A stretch of 64,000 nt of DNA from Trichoplax adhaerens (GCF_000150275.1 NW_002060944.1:3076152-3140151); one strand, 5' to 3'; positions 14,687 through 28,900 are shown, numbered from the stretch's first letter. The notes: a model not told the origin generated them from the letters alone. Numbers and translations are program-made.

Positions 14687-15237
14687 TTTCACAATTTCAC
14701 TTCTGCGACAAGGTAACGTACAGTAAAAGTCTATAAGTAGCTACTGACTTAAACGCCCTTTTACTTAATGTTAAACACACACAGCAAAAGACTGTAAAGA
14801 TGAAATTTTTATTAGCAAAGATACATCTACAACTTTTTACCACCCTCTCAACTCAAATGTTCCCGTTTATATAGGAACCGTCTAATTTGTAAACAACAAT
14901 AGTATTATTATTATACCTTACTAGGAGAATTATCTCGAACTAAGATGCTCCTTATATAGCTTTTATATCAGTAAATATTTTGAATCTCTTACTCATACTT
15001 AATCTTAACCTAAGCTCGTAGGTTGTCTAATTCAACTATTATCCACTAGAACTTGAATCATCCTACTGCTATCTATCACACAATAACAATCAATATCAAA
15101 TATGTAATGAACTATTACAAACAACATCCACGTTAAGGCATTACTTATCTTACCTAGTACTACAAATATGGATATTCTCCATACTAGCTAATACTGTACT
15201 TATTAAACTATCCTAATGACAAGGCAACACCGTAACA
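14687..15237 (-). mobile_element. Solo-LTR-like insertion (551 bp) in exon 6 of pseudogene B
   Basis: Termini T(T)TCAC...GTAACA are flanked by a 5-bp duplication AATAA (14682-14686, 15238-15242). Removing it restores VLNNKQPIC (paralog F has VLNNKRPIC). The - strand has TATA-like followed by AATAAA motifs. Confidence 0.8.
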
Positions 15238-16179
15238 AATAAGCAACCTATATGCTTAACGTTTTGGTATCATATGTATAACAGACGAGTTCTTAAATTA
15301 TTAATCGAAGTCGTAACCAAAAATTCAACGGAAGTATTATTGGTAAAGGAAGGTAGTCAACATCGAAAGTGGAACGATGAAAAATTTAATATAAAGTGTA
15401 TTCTACGAGACTATCAAGTACTGTATCATATATATTTAAAAATAGCTATATAAAAAAGTGTCCTTATAGCTACTTGCATCAATATGGAGCAATACTATAA
15501 GTATACACCGTCTTTTATCAAATAACTTATTAAGTTATCATTCTATATATCGGAAATCAGATGTCCTTCTACTTCAATATAAATTTAAGACAATATCTTG
15601 TTTAACATTTTTGAGTTATTATGCATATTTACTTGCATTCAGTACTACTTTATAAAATTTGGTGATAATTCAAGTGTTTATTGGTTGTAGGAAAAGCTGT
15701 GTATTTGATGTGATTATTACTATAGTGCTATTACGTTATTACGTATTATTAGTATAAAGTAGAAATTTTATAAATTATCGAGCGTCAGATGTATATCAGT
15801 TCTGTTAATTTTACACAATAATGTATTGCTACTATACAAAATTAATACTCTTCATTTACGTATGAAAAAAAAATAGAAAGAGCTGAATAAAGCTTTCCAT
15901 TTATCTTTGAATATTTATAATGACGTTATAACGGCTACTCTACCGGGAGGATTTTCCTTTTACTAAATAGAATTTAGGGTAAATTTTTCGTTTATCTAGT
16001 AAACTTTTATAGAAACTCGATCTATAATTTACATGATAATTATAGATTTATTTCGTAACTATTCGTTGCTTCAACTGGTCAAGCGATATCACAATTGACG
16101 ATATCGATATTAATGGAGGCAGTTGTGGTTGGTATTTACGATACAAATAATTCTTGTAAAACTGAATGATTCTTTTATA

Positions 16180-17307
16180 ATACATCATTTAGCATTCAAG
16201 TGAGCAGTTGTCACAAAGCAGTCTTGTGATTATCCTTTCATTTGACTACCAATTCTAATTGCATTCTAACTATTCTCTGAAGAGCTTCAGTAAGGGCTAG
16301 CTAGCTAACTTAATTCTGCTTCTTAATTCAAAATCAACGTTCCACAGTTACTGTATAAATCAAAGTACATTTATTTAATGGATCGTTTAGGTGAAACCGG
16401 AGTTAATAAAGTTCAGATCTTATATATTTTCTTCTCCATCACACAGTATACAGGCACCAAGTATTACACGATTGGGTTAGGATATTGTATACTATAAAAT
16501 ACTGTATGTGACTAGCTATTAAATAATAAATAACATCATTAGAGTCGCTAATTACTATCAATTATCACCGTAAATAATGAGCGCCTTATAAATTAATAGG
16601 CGTAAACAAAAAATTAATCATGCGTAAATGTTATAAATAATTATAATCAACTAACAATGAAGGATTCATCTAATAAATTTTATACAACAATCTTCTAAGC
16701 CATGGCACAGTTAGGAGTGAGCTCTGTAGCAATAGCAGTATTATTCTCTTAGATATTTGTAATGTAACTTAGTATTGTGATTGTAGACTGTTAGCCATGT
16801 GTAGTATAATGTACGGTAGATATTTATCCTAAGAGATATTTGGTAGCTGTAACTATAGACTGTAGTGGTAGAGACTCTATGCTAGAGTACATATGACTAT
16901 ATACAGTAAGCTGTTGAGTTACTAATATGGCTGTAGGTAAAAATAGAACTGTAAATCATATATTAGGATATGGTTAATTCATTGTACTTTGGCTGGTGTG
17001 AATAATGTCTACGTAAGTACTGTAGTCGTATCCATATTGGATTAATGATGGTCGCAGTAGAATAGTCTTACTAAGAATAATTTAACTATGTGTAAAATAA
17101 GGTAAAAGGTTGCCATGCGGATTGTAAGCTGCGAATGCTACGGAAAGTATAAAAGCATGCAACTTTAGATTATTCTGTTAGTTCGTTCTAGAAGTCTTTA
17201 GAAGTAGTATTCGGCTAGAGTAGAGCTGTGTAGTTAATCTTTGTATAAGATTCAATAAAGCCCTTATTTTTCTAAAATTTGGAATTTCGTGATTGGTATA
17301 TATCACA
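16180..17307. mobile_element. Composite LTR-like insertion replacing the EGF1 exon of pseudogene B
   Basis: Non-host DNA between intron-7-like and intron-8-like sequence. Segment 16209-~16731 (TGTCACAAAGCAG...GCTCTGTAGCA) resembles the ends of the 26847 element. The right part has TATAAAA (~17147), AATAAA (~17254) and ends ATCACA at 17307. No clean TSD was found. Confidence 0.55.
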
Positions 17308-17461
17308 ATATTACAACCTTATAATTGTATGTTTCTTTGATTTTGGTAAAAAGATATAAAGCATGCGAAGGTAATCCTTGCCTTTCTGGTACTTGTGTAA
17401 ATTTGGCTAATGGAAGGCAATAAGAATGTCACTGTCCTCCTGAATTTACTGGAAATCAGTG

Positions 17462-18730
17462 TGTAATGAAATGAAATATGTAGAAATCAAGCTACGAAAC
17501 TTCTAACAAACTTTGATTCTACTTTCTTGGCACTCTGGTCGAATTATTAAAACTTTGACACCAAATAAAATTGGGGAAATACCCGATCAACAATTTATTA
17601 AGAAAACGTGAGAAAGACGGATCAAATAACGTTCCAAATACTGAATTCTAAGCATTATAGGTATAAGAAATAAAAAAAAAACAGAACTGAAACTGTCAAC
17701 AACCTAATAAAAAGAAGAACGTTTTCACTTACAACAGTTCGACCCGAAGGTCTTTAAAATTTAACAAGTTCTTAAAAAGAATCTTCATTTACTCTCTACA
17801 CTAAATTTTCTGATTGAGCTATCATTTATAGGCTTTACAGAGTCCTTAGTGGTATTTAAAACTAAACATTTATTAACCAATCACTCTTAAGATCGATTTT
17901 AGAGAACTATGCACCACTTAAGAAAACAAAAATCATTCAAAGTTCAGATACAATTTACCTTATGATTCCCTTACAAAACACTATAAAACCAACAAACTAA
18001 CTAAAAAATATATCGAACTTCACTTCTAACATAATTCCTAATCATTAACACATTATAAAAGTCTAAAATTTAACCTTTAAACAACAAGATTTAGTCATAA
18101 AAATAACAGTTTAACTACTTAACAATCTACACAACCTCTACCATTTATTATCTTATTTTCCATTTTCTCCCTAGACTTTCCTAATGTAACTTTCATGTCA
18201 TGTCATAAAATTCCAAAGTTTCAAATTTCCAAAATCAACTCTTACAACTTTTTCAAAAATTATACAGAACAAAAATTTCGGATGACGTCGACCTCAACCA
18301 GGAGACTGAATCCGAAAATCCGAATTTTGAATAAAATCACATAGTCGCTTATCAAAAATTTTATTAGTATTGACAGTTGATGTTTTAGCATGAAGTTGTA
18401 CTGTAACTGTACGATTATAACCAACATTACAGTACTTTACTGTCATGTTATAATCCCCTTTCTCTATGGATAGGGCTTTGTTACTAAGTCAAATTCATTT
18501 ACAATCCCAATAGACTATCAAAATCCCCTTTCTTTGGATAAGGTGATTATTCTTAGGTTATTTCTATAGTAGTCTATACAATACCTTGTAGAATAGTGAA
18601 GAAGAATAGATGGCGATATCATGATTTGGCTGGGTAAAACTTTAAGATACTATCACTTTCTAGGTATTTTCTAATGTAAAGTAATAATAGTTACGTACTA
18701 AAAGCTATAAAGGACTCTACTTCTTGTCCT
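17462..18730 (-). mobile_element. Truncated LTR-retroelement-like insertion at the end of the EGF2 exon of pseudogene B
   Basis: Starts TGTAATG exactly where homology to A breaks, and host sequence resumes at ~18731 (TCTTACTAATTTAGAACT). A pyrimidine tract CCCCTTTCTCT (~18455-18465) could be a - strand polypurine tract next to an LTR end at ~18452. No TSD. Confidence 0.45.
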
Positions 18731-21700
18731 TTTCTTACTAATTTAGAACTCGCAGTCAAATAATGTGTAGATTTATCCACTGGGCTTTTGTTATGGAGAG
18801 CTACCATTCAATTAACCGATACCGGGGCATTTTTACGAATCTTCTTCACTTATTGAAATTCATAACAGTAAGATTTGCCATTTAAACTAAGTTAATAATT
18901 ACATAGTATTTGTGAGTTACTGATTACCTATATTGCTAAAGGTATGACCTAGTTTCATTTATATATATCGTAATCGTAAAAGTATGATATTAACCTTTAG
19001 GATACTGGTGTTTTATTGCATGACATCTCTATAACATTGCATTAAACACCAACCTAGTAATAAGATTGGATAGGCGATCATGGAGATCTTATTTAAGTCG
19101 TATTCAAGCTTGTATTACTGCTATACTGTAACATTCGATTGAAAGCATTAAAATAAGTTACATTAAGTTACTGTAAAGCAACTGACAGAAATACCATAGA
19201 AAACGCTACATAAACAATTTTGCCATCGTAAGGGTGTCGATTGCGAAATTGTTAATAATGGTTGTCTAGAATACGCTGAAAGAACCTTGAAGTTAATACT
19301 TTTCGTTACCTATAGCTTCATAAGATTTATTTTTGATGGTTTTTCATAGTTCCTAAATGGATGTGCGATTTTAAAAGAGATCTCTGTTCATGGGAGCAAA
19401 GTCATTTAGACTTATTAAATTGGGAATTCGTTAACCATGAAAATCGTAGTGAGTTCAGCTAGATCGAAAATAGATGTTATACGATAAGTTATGTACAGGC
19501 TATAGAATAGCCGTGAATCTGATGTGACTAGCTTAGAATTTGAGGGCGAGATAGAGAAATATTTTATACTCATATATTATACAGATGCAGATGGTATGAT
19601 AATATTAGCTCCATAATATTTAATAATACTTAAGAATAGTGTATGGATATTTTACTGAAGAGTGAGATGATCTTACTCCTGCTGGGCGATAATGGCTTTG
19701 GTACAATCAAGAGTCCACTTCTGCAAGGCAATGATTATCTGTGCCTTAAAATTTCCTATCTTATTGTCGGTAATACGACATCACTGGCGATAACTACTTC
19801 CTTTAATGGCAAAATCTGGTCTAAAGACGGTAGAAGGCTAACTACATGGCGTAAAGTAGCAATTACATCGATGAATTGGATCGCTATACTCCCTTTAGGG
19901 TATTACTGCTAACTATTCTACATTTCTTAAGTACATTTAAGAATTATCGGAATCTTGAGCTCATTCAGAATTAAAAGCGAAAAATTTTTCGATATAGATT
20001 TATATTACCGCATCTCATCGAGGAGGAAGTGGAGAGATCGCACTTGATGATATTCAACTGGTTCCGGGCAAATGCCGTAAGTGAGACGAACGATATTTTC
20101 TCAAATTTCTAGCTCCGATTACTACCTAAGATCATCCAGGATATTGGTTATTTAAGAGAATGCAAAAGTAAATTTAAGCTACATCAAAATGCTAATGTAT
20201 AAAAGAATGCTCCACAATTTTCTATTTCATTACATTTAATCGGGTAAATACCTCAATAAAGTGGCAATCTGGAATTATGAAGGTAAACTAAGAGTAAGAG
20301 ATTGATAAATAATCTAAAAAATAATAATTTCTATAAAAAATGGTATAAAAGTTAACTAATTCACTTATCGTATCATAGAAACTATTAATAGTTGTTACGA
20401 TTGCATTAGGAGGGTATGATTTTACAGGAAAAGAGACTTACACTAAAAAAATGAGGACTGCTAAGTTGATCTTTCGACATCTCATATTTTATCTCTGAAT
20501 GTAAAGAATCCATTTCAAGTATCAAAGATCGAGACGGTGGTATCGCTTTAATTAAACTAAATGCACCTATAACTATTACTAATTATGCGCGTCCAATTTG
20601 TTTACCAGAAGCTAATGATACATTTAATGGATTATCTTATGTAAAATGTCTGGTTAGGGTAAAGCAGATACTCAACCGAGCCGTATCTTACGTTGTGCCA
20701 ATGTACCTATCTTGAATCGGAGACTTTGTAGTAGCGCTTATTCTTATAATGGTCAAATTACTTCTAACATGATATGTGCTGGTTATATGCAAGGCTAAAC
20801 TGGTGCTTGCGATGGTGATAGTGGCGGTCCACTGTCATGTCGCCATCGTCCAGATACAATCCCATCGGGATATTCGAACCGATGGTGTTTAGCTGGTGTC
20901 ATTAGTGGTAGACGGGGTTGCGGACAAAGATATTATCCTACTATTCATGCAAGCGTGACTGTAACACCCATTAATAGATGGCTTCAAAGACATTAAAGTA
21001 TAATTAATTACTTATGATAATTTTTCCGAAAATGCATGTTAACATGTAGGCTTTACGATTTATAATTTTACATTATATATGTTATATATATATATTGTTT
21101 TATAGCTGTGTTTCCATCCTATATGTGAAAACAATTATTTTTAATATATTAATACAAACGTGATTACTAGCAAGATCTGATTTTATTTCTTGACTATAAT
21201 TATATATTAGAATTATCTTAGGAAAATTGTCCTGTAAGAGCTAAAGGGATACAATAAAATAATTTCCCCATTAATTTCACATCCATGGAAAAAATTTTAA
21301 ATCTTTTTTCAGCTTACGCGAAATGCGCTTACGGCATAAGCTTGCGTGAAGGTTATATTAGCGTCAAAAAATCTTATAGCCCATTTGTACGTTTGTGACT
21401 GGTCAGTGTATAATCCTAACAAGAGCACAAGTAGCTAATTTGAATGTAATAACATAAGTATAAAGGAGTTCATTTTCAATCCGTACATTCTATTATCTAG
21501 CTCATTCTGTCGAGTTTTTTTTCTGCAGTAGCTAATAAGATTGTATTCAGCCTTTGTTCCGGAAACAGTACTTGGACAATTTGCAGCGAATATATTCCTT
21601 GGCTGTTAGGTCTACAATTGCACTAGAGATAGAAGTAAATCCTGATAAATTACTCTCGTAAGCACTAGCCGTTATAACTTGATTCATAATCAAGTACCTA

Positions 21701-22547
21701 TTCATCTATTTCGGCATTGGTTAATAGCTGAGAATCCCATCAAGTATATTAAAATTTATTTAAATCAGACTAACAAGTTGCTTTCAAACCCTAACTCAAA
21801 TTAGGGACTTCAGTGCAGTAACTTACTGCACTCACTATGCTTGGTGTTAATTTGGTGGTACCGACAGGAGTTGAGTACTCTCTCAATAGAAGGTTGATTT
21901 AAAGACATTTTAGTTATTTGTTGTTTATACGCTTTTATTAGGTGCAATTTCGTCCTTTAGAGTGCCAATATATCTTTTGCAGATGCTATTTGCTTTTTAT
22001 CGCTATTTTTCTGCTTCAATAAGTTAAAAACTACTAATCTACGCTGATTAAGCTTCTTAAACTGTCAATCGAACGTCTGCATTTATTTTTATCGAGATTG
22101 TCGCTTTACTCGAGTAGAAATTCCGATTAAAAATTGTCAGAAATATGAGTTTCCGCAGCTCATTGGCTTTCTTTAACCAAGAAATTTTGAATATACCCAC
22201 TTTACTGTGTTATAGAGAAGGGTATGCATAATGAGAAACGTTATCAAGATAGAAATAATTGTTATAAGATATGTTTAACGCTTTATACAGTATAAACTCT
22301 AAATAAAGTCCCTTATTACCAGTCCCTTTTCAGATGATTGTAAATGACACCCTTGTCTCCATAATGGTAGTTCCTCTGCTAGCTTAGCCACTTCTAATAA
22401 TTGCATCATGCTTGAAATTAATGTTATCTACCATCAATAATGCTAGATTAGGATCCATGTAATCCAATATCAAGTAGTCGCAGTAGATAGCTATATCTCT
22501 TCAGGGAATAAATATCAATGTCAATGAAAGATTTGCTTTACACGATA

Positions 22548-25500
22548 ATGGCAGCAGATCTTGCTAAGTAGTTGTATATTTCCGTAAAGTTGCCAATGAG
22601 TTCTGCTATTGTGATGTTTCGGAAGATTGTGGATTCGTCATGATCACAGTAAATTACCAGAGTTAATTTAGTAGAGGAATAGAGTTTATTGGAATTAGTG
22701 CAAAGGAAAAACCATATGAGATTACAGCGTGTATAACGACGTGACTAGTCGAATAGCTATAGTAATGTAGCATAGGTAAAGCGTGCAAGCTTACCGTGTA
22801 ACTAGCAGAACTAACTAACGAGATAGGTGAAAGAAGATAGCTTTTATAATGTATGAAGCACAGCAGGAGGAAATCATAAATGACTAATAAGAATATGTTA
22901 CTTCTATGTTAAGACAGGGCTACGATATAATTCAGCTAGATTCAAAGCGATTTCCACAGAGTATTTTGTTAAATATAAATTATACATATTTAGAGTTATG
23001 CTACAATCTAGTGGAAATTGACTTTTACTAAAAATAGACTATACCGTATTTAGAAGTAAACACTACAGCTATTAGTGATTAAAATGGGCTATTTGTATAA
23101 GATTTGCAGTCGTCATCAGCTAATTAGCATAAATTTTTCCCTTTTGTAAATGAGATCATTCCATCTAAGATAGAATAATAAATCATGAACTCATATCAAA
23201 GCGAGCATGATAGATTTGTATGCTTAAAACATGCAGGTAGCAAGCCAATCTTTGAAGAAAATTGAACATGATAATCTCGGTACCGATAAGTTTTACTTTT
23301 TGCACATGTTTTCTTTTCGTAAATTAATGAATAAGCTTACTTATTTAGACCAATACGAACCTTCGTAGGCTATTGAAAATGGACCAGTATAAAAGTCGGC
23401 ATTATTGATCATTAATAGATACAACATTATTTACCAAGATCGCCATATTACTCATATAGATTCAATAGCCAAATTATACTTGGCATGTAAGTATTAAAGC
23501 ATCTCACAAATTATAGATAGGATTAATATAATTTTCAATCCACGTAAAAGTCAAAGTAAGGCTTATTGGAATTTTACCTTGTCTAGTCTAATCAATTTTT
23601 ATACAGACTCTTCTTTCATCACTTAATAAATTCTACGCGAAATGTCCATTAATTTTTGAAAGAAAAAATAATATCAAGCAACGTAGAGCGTATTGCTCTA
23701 TGTATTTATACAAATCCGTTGTTACTTATATATTTATTGAGTCTACAATTGATATGGGATGATATGTTATTATTCTTCAATTCACGTAGCGAAAAGATCA
23801 TCATTTTAACATATGAGTAATGTTGGATCTTGTTGATAAGTTACATATTTTAAACAAGTTGGAGACAAGTTTTACTATCGGTGATTGCGGTATTTTTAAG
23901 AGATCTCGTAATCTCATGCCATCATATCGGCACAAATGTTTTCCCTCTTATAAATAAGATTATTTCATCAAGATAGAATAATTAATCATTAACTTATCCT
24001 TCAATGCTAACGCCATAGAGTTCTATGTTTAGAAGACTTAGCCGCAAGTTTTTTGATTGGAAGAATTTGGTTCGTCAATTTCAGTCTGCTTTACTACATG
24101 TGATAAAATACATTTTCTTTTCGAAACTAATAAATAAGCATACTTATCAGGCTATCTATTCTTACTTTTATCTTCGAAATTAAAGAAGACGTTCACACTT
24201 TAGACTTGCATAAAACATCTTAAAGCACTGAAAATATATTGATACCAAAGCTAACAATTTTTACGTCACAAGCTTTGTCTTTTGGATCTTTATTGAATCT
24301 ACAGTCGATATGGGGTGATAAATTATCTTTCAATTCACGTAAATGCAAAGACGAGCATCATTACTTTAAGAAGTTATCAAACTCATGCTCAGAAGTCGTA
24401 TACTGTCATAAAGTTGATTATGAATTTCACTATCGGTGAATATACGCTATTTGTTTGATCGTCGTCATCTTGCCGGTATGCATATTTTTTCACTTAAAAT
24501 GAGATTATTTCATTTAGGATAGAATAGTAAATCATTATCTCCTCCTTCAAGATCACTATGGTAGATTTATATATTTAGAATACATATGAAACAAGTTGGT
24601 AATTGGGAAAAATAAATTTAACACGTCTATTTTAGTCTGCTATCCTAAATGTTGATAATTTATTTTACCATTTTGAAATTAATAAATGAGCATACTCATT
24701 AGACTATGTAATTAACATTTTTTTACAATTACGTGTTTTTTCTCAAGGATTAAATTCACTGATGTAACACAGTTTACCTACATTGCCATATAGTAGATTT
24801 AATACCGAATTATACCTTGTACGCAAAAAAATTAAAAAAACTAAAGGCTTGCGGAATTCATTAATTTATGTACAAGTTAAAAGTAAGCCTTATTCAAATT
24901 TAGTCCGTCTAATTTAATTGGTTTTACAAGAGCCTACTTTTTATCACTTAATAAATTCAAGACGAAATTTTCATTAGTTTTAGAAAGAAAATTTAACGAA
25001 CCGCAAATTTAGGGAGTATTGCTCTATATATTTATACGGATTAGTGGTTATTTAGATCTCCGTTTAGTCTAAACATGCTATTATTCTTCTATTTACGTAA
25101 GAAATGATGATGGCTATTATTTGAACATTGTATCAGGTGATGCTAAGAAGTTGCATATTTTCATCTAGTTGATAATGAGTATTAGTATCGGTGATTATAT
25201 TTCGCTTTTTGTGTGAGACTTGTATGATTATTGCAGTTCTCATCATCTTATTAGCTAGAATATTTTTCTTCTTAATAGCAAGTTGGCATTTGGAAAAAAT
25301 AGATCCGTCAACTTCACTTTACTTAATTGAGTGTTAATGCTGCATGCTTTCTTTTTCGAAAGTAATACATAGGTATACTCATTAAGACCGTAAGCATTTG
25401 TTTTCTTCCGATTCGAAATTAATAGATTTTCCCTTTAGACTGATATAAATATTTATAAGCCAGAGGAAAGGTATGGATTTTCCCCTTTAGACTAATATAA

Positions 25501-25600
25501 ACATTTGTAAGTTAGTGGAAATGTACATATAAAAGCCAACAATTTCTTATTATTGCAAGTTTTGTCTCATCGATCCACTTCAACTGATGTAACGCACTTC
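22548..25600 (+). repeat. Four-copy tandem array of the degenerate upstream module in front of paralog C
   Basis: Module cores at ~22548 (LTR-interrupted), ~23815, ~24375 and ~25127, with a period of ~570-800 bp. Confidence 0.75.
22610..23067 (-). mobile_element. Solo-LTR-like insertion (458 bp)
   Basis: TGTGATG...CACTACA termini with a perfect 5-bp TSD GCTAT (22605-22609, 23068-23072). It splits one copy of the upstream repeat module. The - strand has TATAAAA followed by AATAAA. Confidence 0.8.
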
Positions 25601-25680
25601 ACCTATATCGTTATATGCATATTATATAGATTTAAGTACCGAAAGATACATTGTTTGCAGGTATTAAAACTTCAACAACT

Positions 25681-25730
25681 NNNNNNNNNNNNNNNNNNNN
25701 NNNNNNNNNNNNNNNNNNNNNNNNNNNNNN
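25681..25730. other. Assembly gap (50 N)
   Basis: Run of N just upstream of paralog C exon 1. Confidence 1.
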
Positions 25731-25900
25731 TAGTTGACCTACGTTTTGCCCTCTACGATACATTTATTTCTTATTTTCCCTAATATTTAGACCTAATAGC
25801 AGAGCTTAATTTATCTTAAATATGTTATCACAATATAAGTGTTTCAGCTTAATCACATTAATTATCACATAACTACAGAGAGAGAAAACTTTTTACCAAG

Positions 25901-28900
25901 ATGCTTCGCCATTCTCCACATTTTTACACGGAATTAACAATTTTAATATTTGTATTTGGTTGGACATTAATCGACGGTAAGTTAACTTTAATTAATTAAA
26001 ATTTAAGTAATAATGGGTCATAGATAATTATATATGACAGTAAGAGTGACATTAAAGATCAAAGATTAGCTAAATTATTGCTCAACATAAACTTTTAGAA
26101 ATATCTTCGCATGCCACAACAAAATGAATACACTATATATTCTATAATAATTTTTTGTAAAGCAAGTCAGAAAGATAATATATTACAAGAAATTTATCAG
26201 TCTCTATTCTTTACTTGCATAACTCACAAATGTAAAATTTTCCGTTCACGCTATAACACCGTTCTGGTCTATCTAGGTCGAGTGGTATCAACAGAAGTCG
26301 ATTTAAGTTGCAATTTTGAGAGAAATTTCTGCCAATGGGAAAATGGCCGCTATTCAGATTCTAAATTTGCATGGATCAGAAACAAAGGTGAAACCATCGC
26401 CCCTAAAACTGGTCCAAGTTACGATCATACTTATCAAAATCCGTACTGTAAGAGAAATGATATACTCATACTTTAATATCTCTAATGCACTTTTTTACAT
26501 CAAGTACTTGTTTTAACTTTTACTGCTAACATTAAATAGAAAATATTTTCTGTACTGACAATTTAAAAGATGGCTATTACGCGTATCTAGAGACATCTAG
26601 TCAGTTACACGATAATGCTACTTTGAAAAGTCCAATAATTCGCAGTAGTGATAGTCATTGTCTGCGATTTTGGTATAACATGAATGGAGCAGACGCTAGT
26701 CGACTACAAGTCGTATCATCTACATCAGAAATATTATGGTCGAAAAAGGGCAATCATAGCAATATTTGGCTATTAGCTGAAGTGGACATATCTTCAAGAG
26801 CACAAGAATATAAAGTGAGTTAAGTTCGTTATCGATAATGTACAAGTGTCACAAAACAGCTTTCGTGATCGGGCCTAGTCTATTCTATCTACTCTATCCG
26901 ATCACCGACTAACTTCAGGCAATCCTCTATAAGGAAAACTAACTTATTCCAATAGTAAAGAGACTGAGTCAAACGATAGATCTAGGTTAATAACTTTATT
27001 AACTTCTAGCTACACTAAGGCCTTCTTCTTTACACTAGTCTCAGGAGAACTTAAATACCCTTTCTTATTTACAGTCACTATACTTGTCGCCAATAATATT
27101 AGTTACTCCAGTTAGCAAGTCTAATTATCACACACAACAACAGCGAACAATATTTATGTCCTATTTGTTAGACCATAATAATACACGATTAATAATCAGT
27201 AGCAATAATAATATTAAGCAACCAACAATTATTGATTGCTAAGTGCCTTAATACTGCGTATAGCAATTCCACACTAATAATACTTACTTCAATTACATGA
27301 CAGCTATTTTCTACTACTAGGTGCTAGTCAGCATGGTCATACACGATTGTAAACAATTATTAATCGTAAACACGGAGCTACTAGCTCAGTAACAACAAGT
27401 AATGAAATTGTGGCATATGCAAAACACTCTTGTCCTTTAATAATCAGATTTTTGATTGATAAATATACTCAAAGTTCCTTTTGCGCTATTATTTTCATTC
27501 CATACAGTTGTAGAATATAATCATCGCGCAATGTTATATCATCTTATTGAGCATACTAGTTATTGTTTGAAGATCATTGAGCTTTTATTGTTGACATACG
27601 CCGTGTTTCATATTAACGTTATGATATTCTGTAGATATCAATTACTGGGTTCACTGGCGATAGCTATGAGGCAAATATTGCTATCGACGACATGACGTGG
27701 GAAAAAGGAATGTGCAAAAATACAGGTTATCCAAGTCATTAGTTACCAGTCAACTGGAAAATTAACAATATTGTGAAGTGTATGATTTACAGTACTTTTA
27801 GTATTGTTGGATATGAAATAAGAAGTTTAATTTCATTTCTTGATATATCTCTGTTACAAGCCAGCTCCATGACAAGGATAACGTAAAAATATTTCGAATT
27901 TACTAAAGGAACTCAGTATCCCTTAACTATCTCATAAGAATTTAGACGCCTTTGCTTCTACGTTGAACTACTAGAGAATTTTGATCTTATTCAGCTATCT
28001 ACCAAACTTAAATACACTTCTGCAGCTGCTAGCATGAATGATTCATCGTAATGTTATGAAAGTTAATTCATACTGTAATTACCTCGTACTAGATTTCTTG
28101 TTTTAATTTGGCAAATATTGCAATCTATTACAATACCGCTTTAAGTTCAATAAAGATTGGTGTAGTCAATACATAATTTTATGAAATCATTTACGCTTAT
28201 ATGGTATCATTATTTGCCACGTAATTTTCATGCTAATCTTAACTCTTCGTCGATGAAATGATTCGGAAATATCTTGCAATGCATTAAGACTACCGTAGCT
28301 TAAAGCAAACAAAATAGCATCATCGGCAATATTACTAATGTGTACGCTCTAAAAAATTACAGAATTTAAAAATTTAAAGTGTGACTTTGAATCGGGTTAC
28401 TGTGGCTGGACAAATGTTGGTTTTGACAGTTTTGATTGGACTCGAAAATCTGGCTCAACCAGCAGTAAATATACTGGACCTAATTATGATCATACCATGC
28501 GAACGTCATATGGTAAGCATACAGCCAAATAGTATCATGAGAAAAAATGTTACAATTATCGGTTATTTCAAAAATAATATGTCGATATAAAATACGAAGG
28601 ACTTTATTGAATTGAAAGTTTAATAAGCGAAAGTTGTAAAAATTCGAAATATAGGAAATTATGCATATATGGAAGCTTCCAATAGACATATTGGAGAGAA
28701 AGTTGTACTAGTTAGCAGAGTTCTGAATAATGAACGACCGATGTGCTTTTCATTTTGGTATCATATGTGTGGCAGGAGCGTCGGTAATTTGATAGTCAAA
28801 ATCGTAACCAAAACCTCAACAGAAGTATTATGGGCAAAGAAAGGTAGTCAAGGTCAAAAGTGGAAAGAAGCAAAGATCAAAATAATGAGTATTCCACAAG

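Larger units (their letters stand above)
12455..21007 (+). pseudogene. Paralog B: disrupted MAM/EGF/serine protease pseudogene
   Basis: Colinear homology to A. Frameshifts in exons 1, 2, 3 and 5, and an LTR-like insertion inside exon 6. The EGF1 exon is replaced by foreign DNA, and EGF2 has a TAA and an insertion. A ~90-bp deletion removes the exon 11 acceptor (~19684). MAM4 and the IVGG/His57 part of the protease are deleted (junction ~20392), and the remaining protease segment contains stops. Confidence 0.9.
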
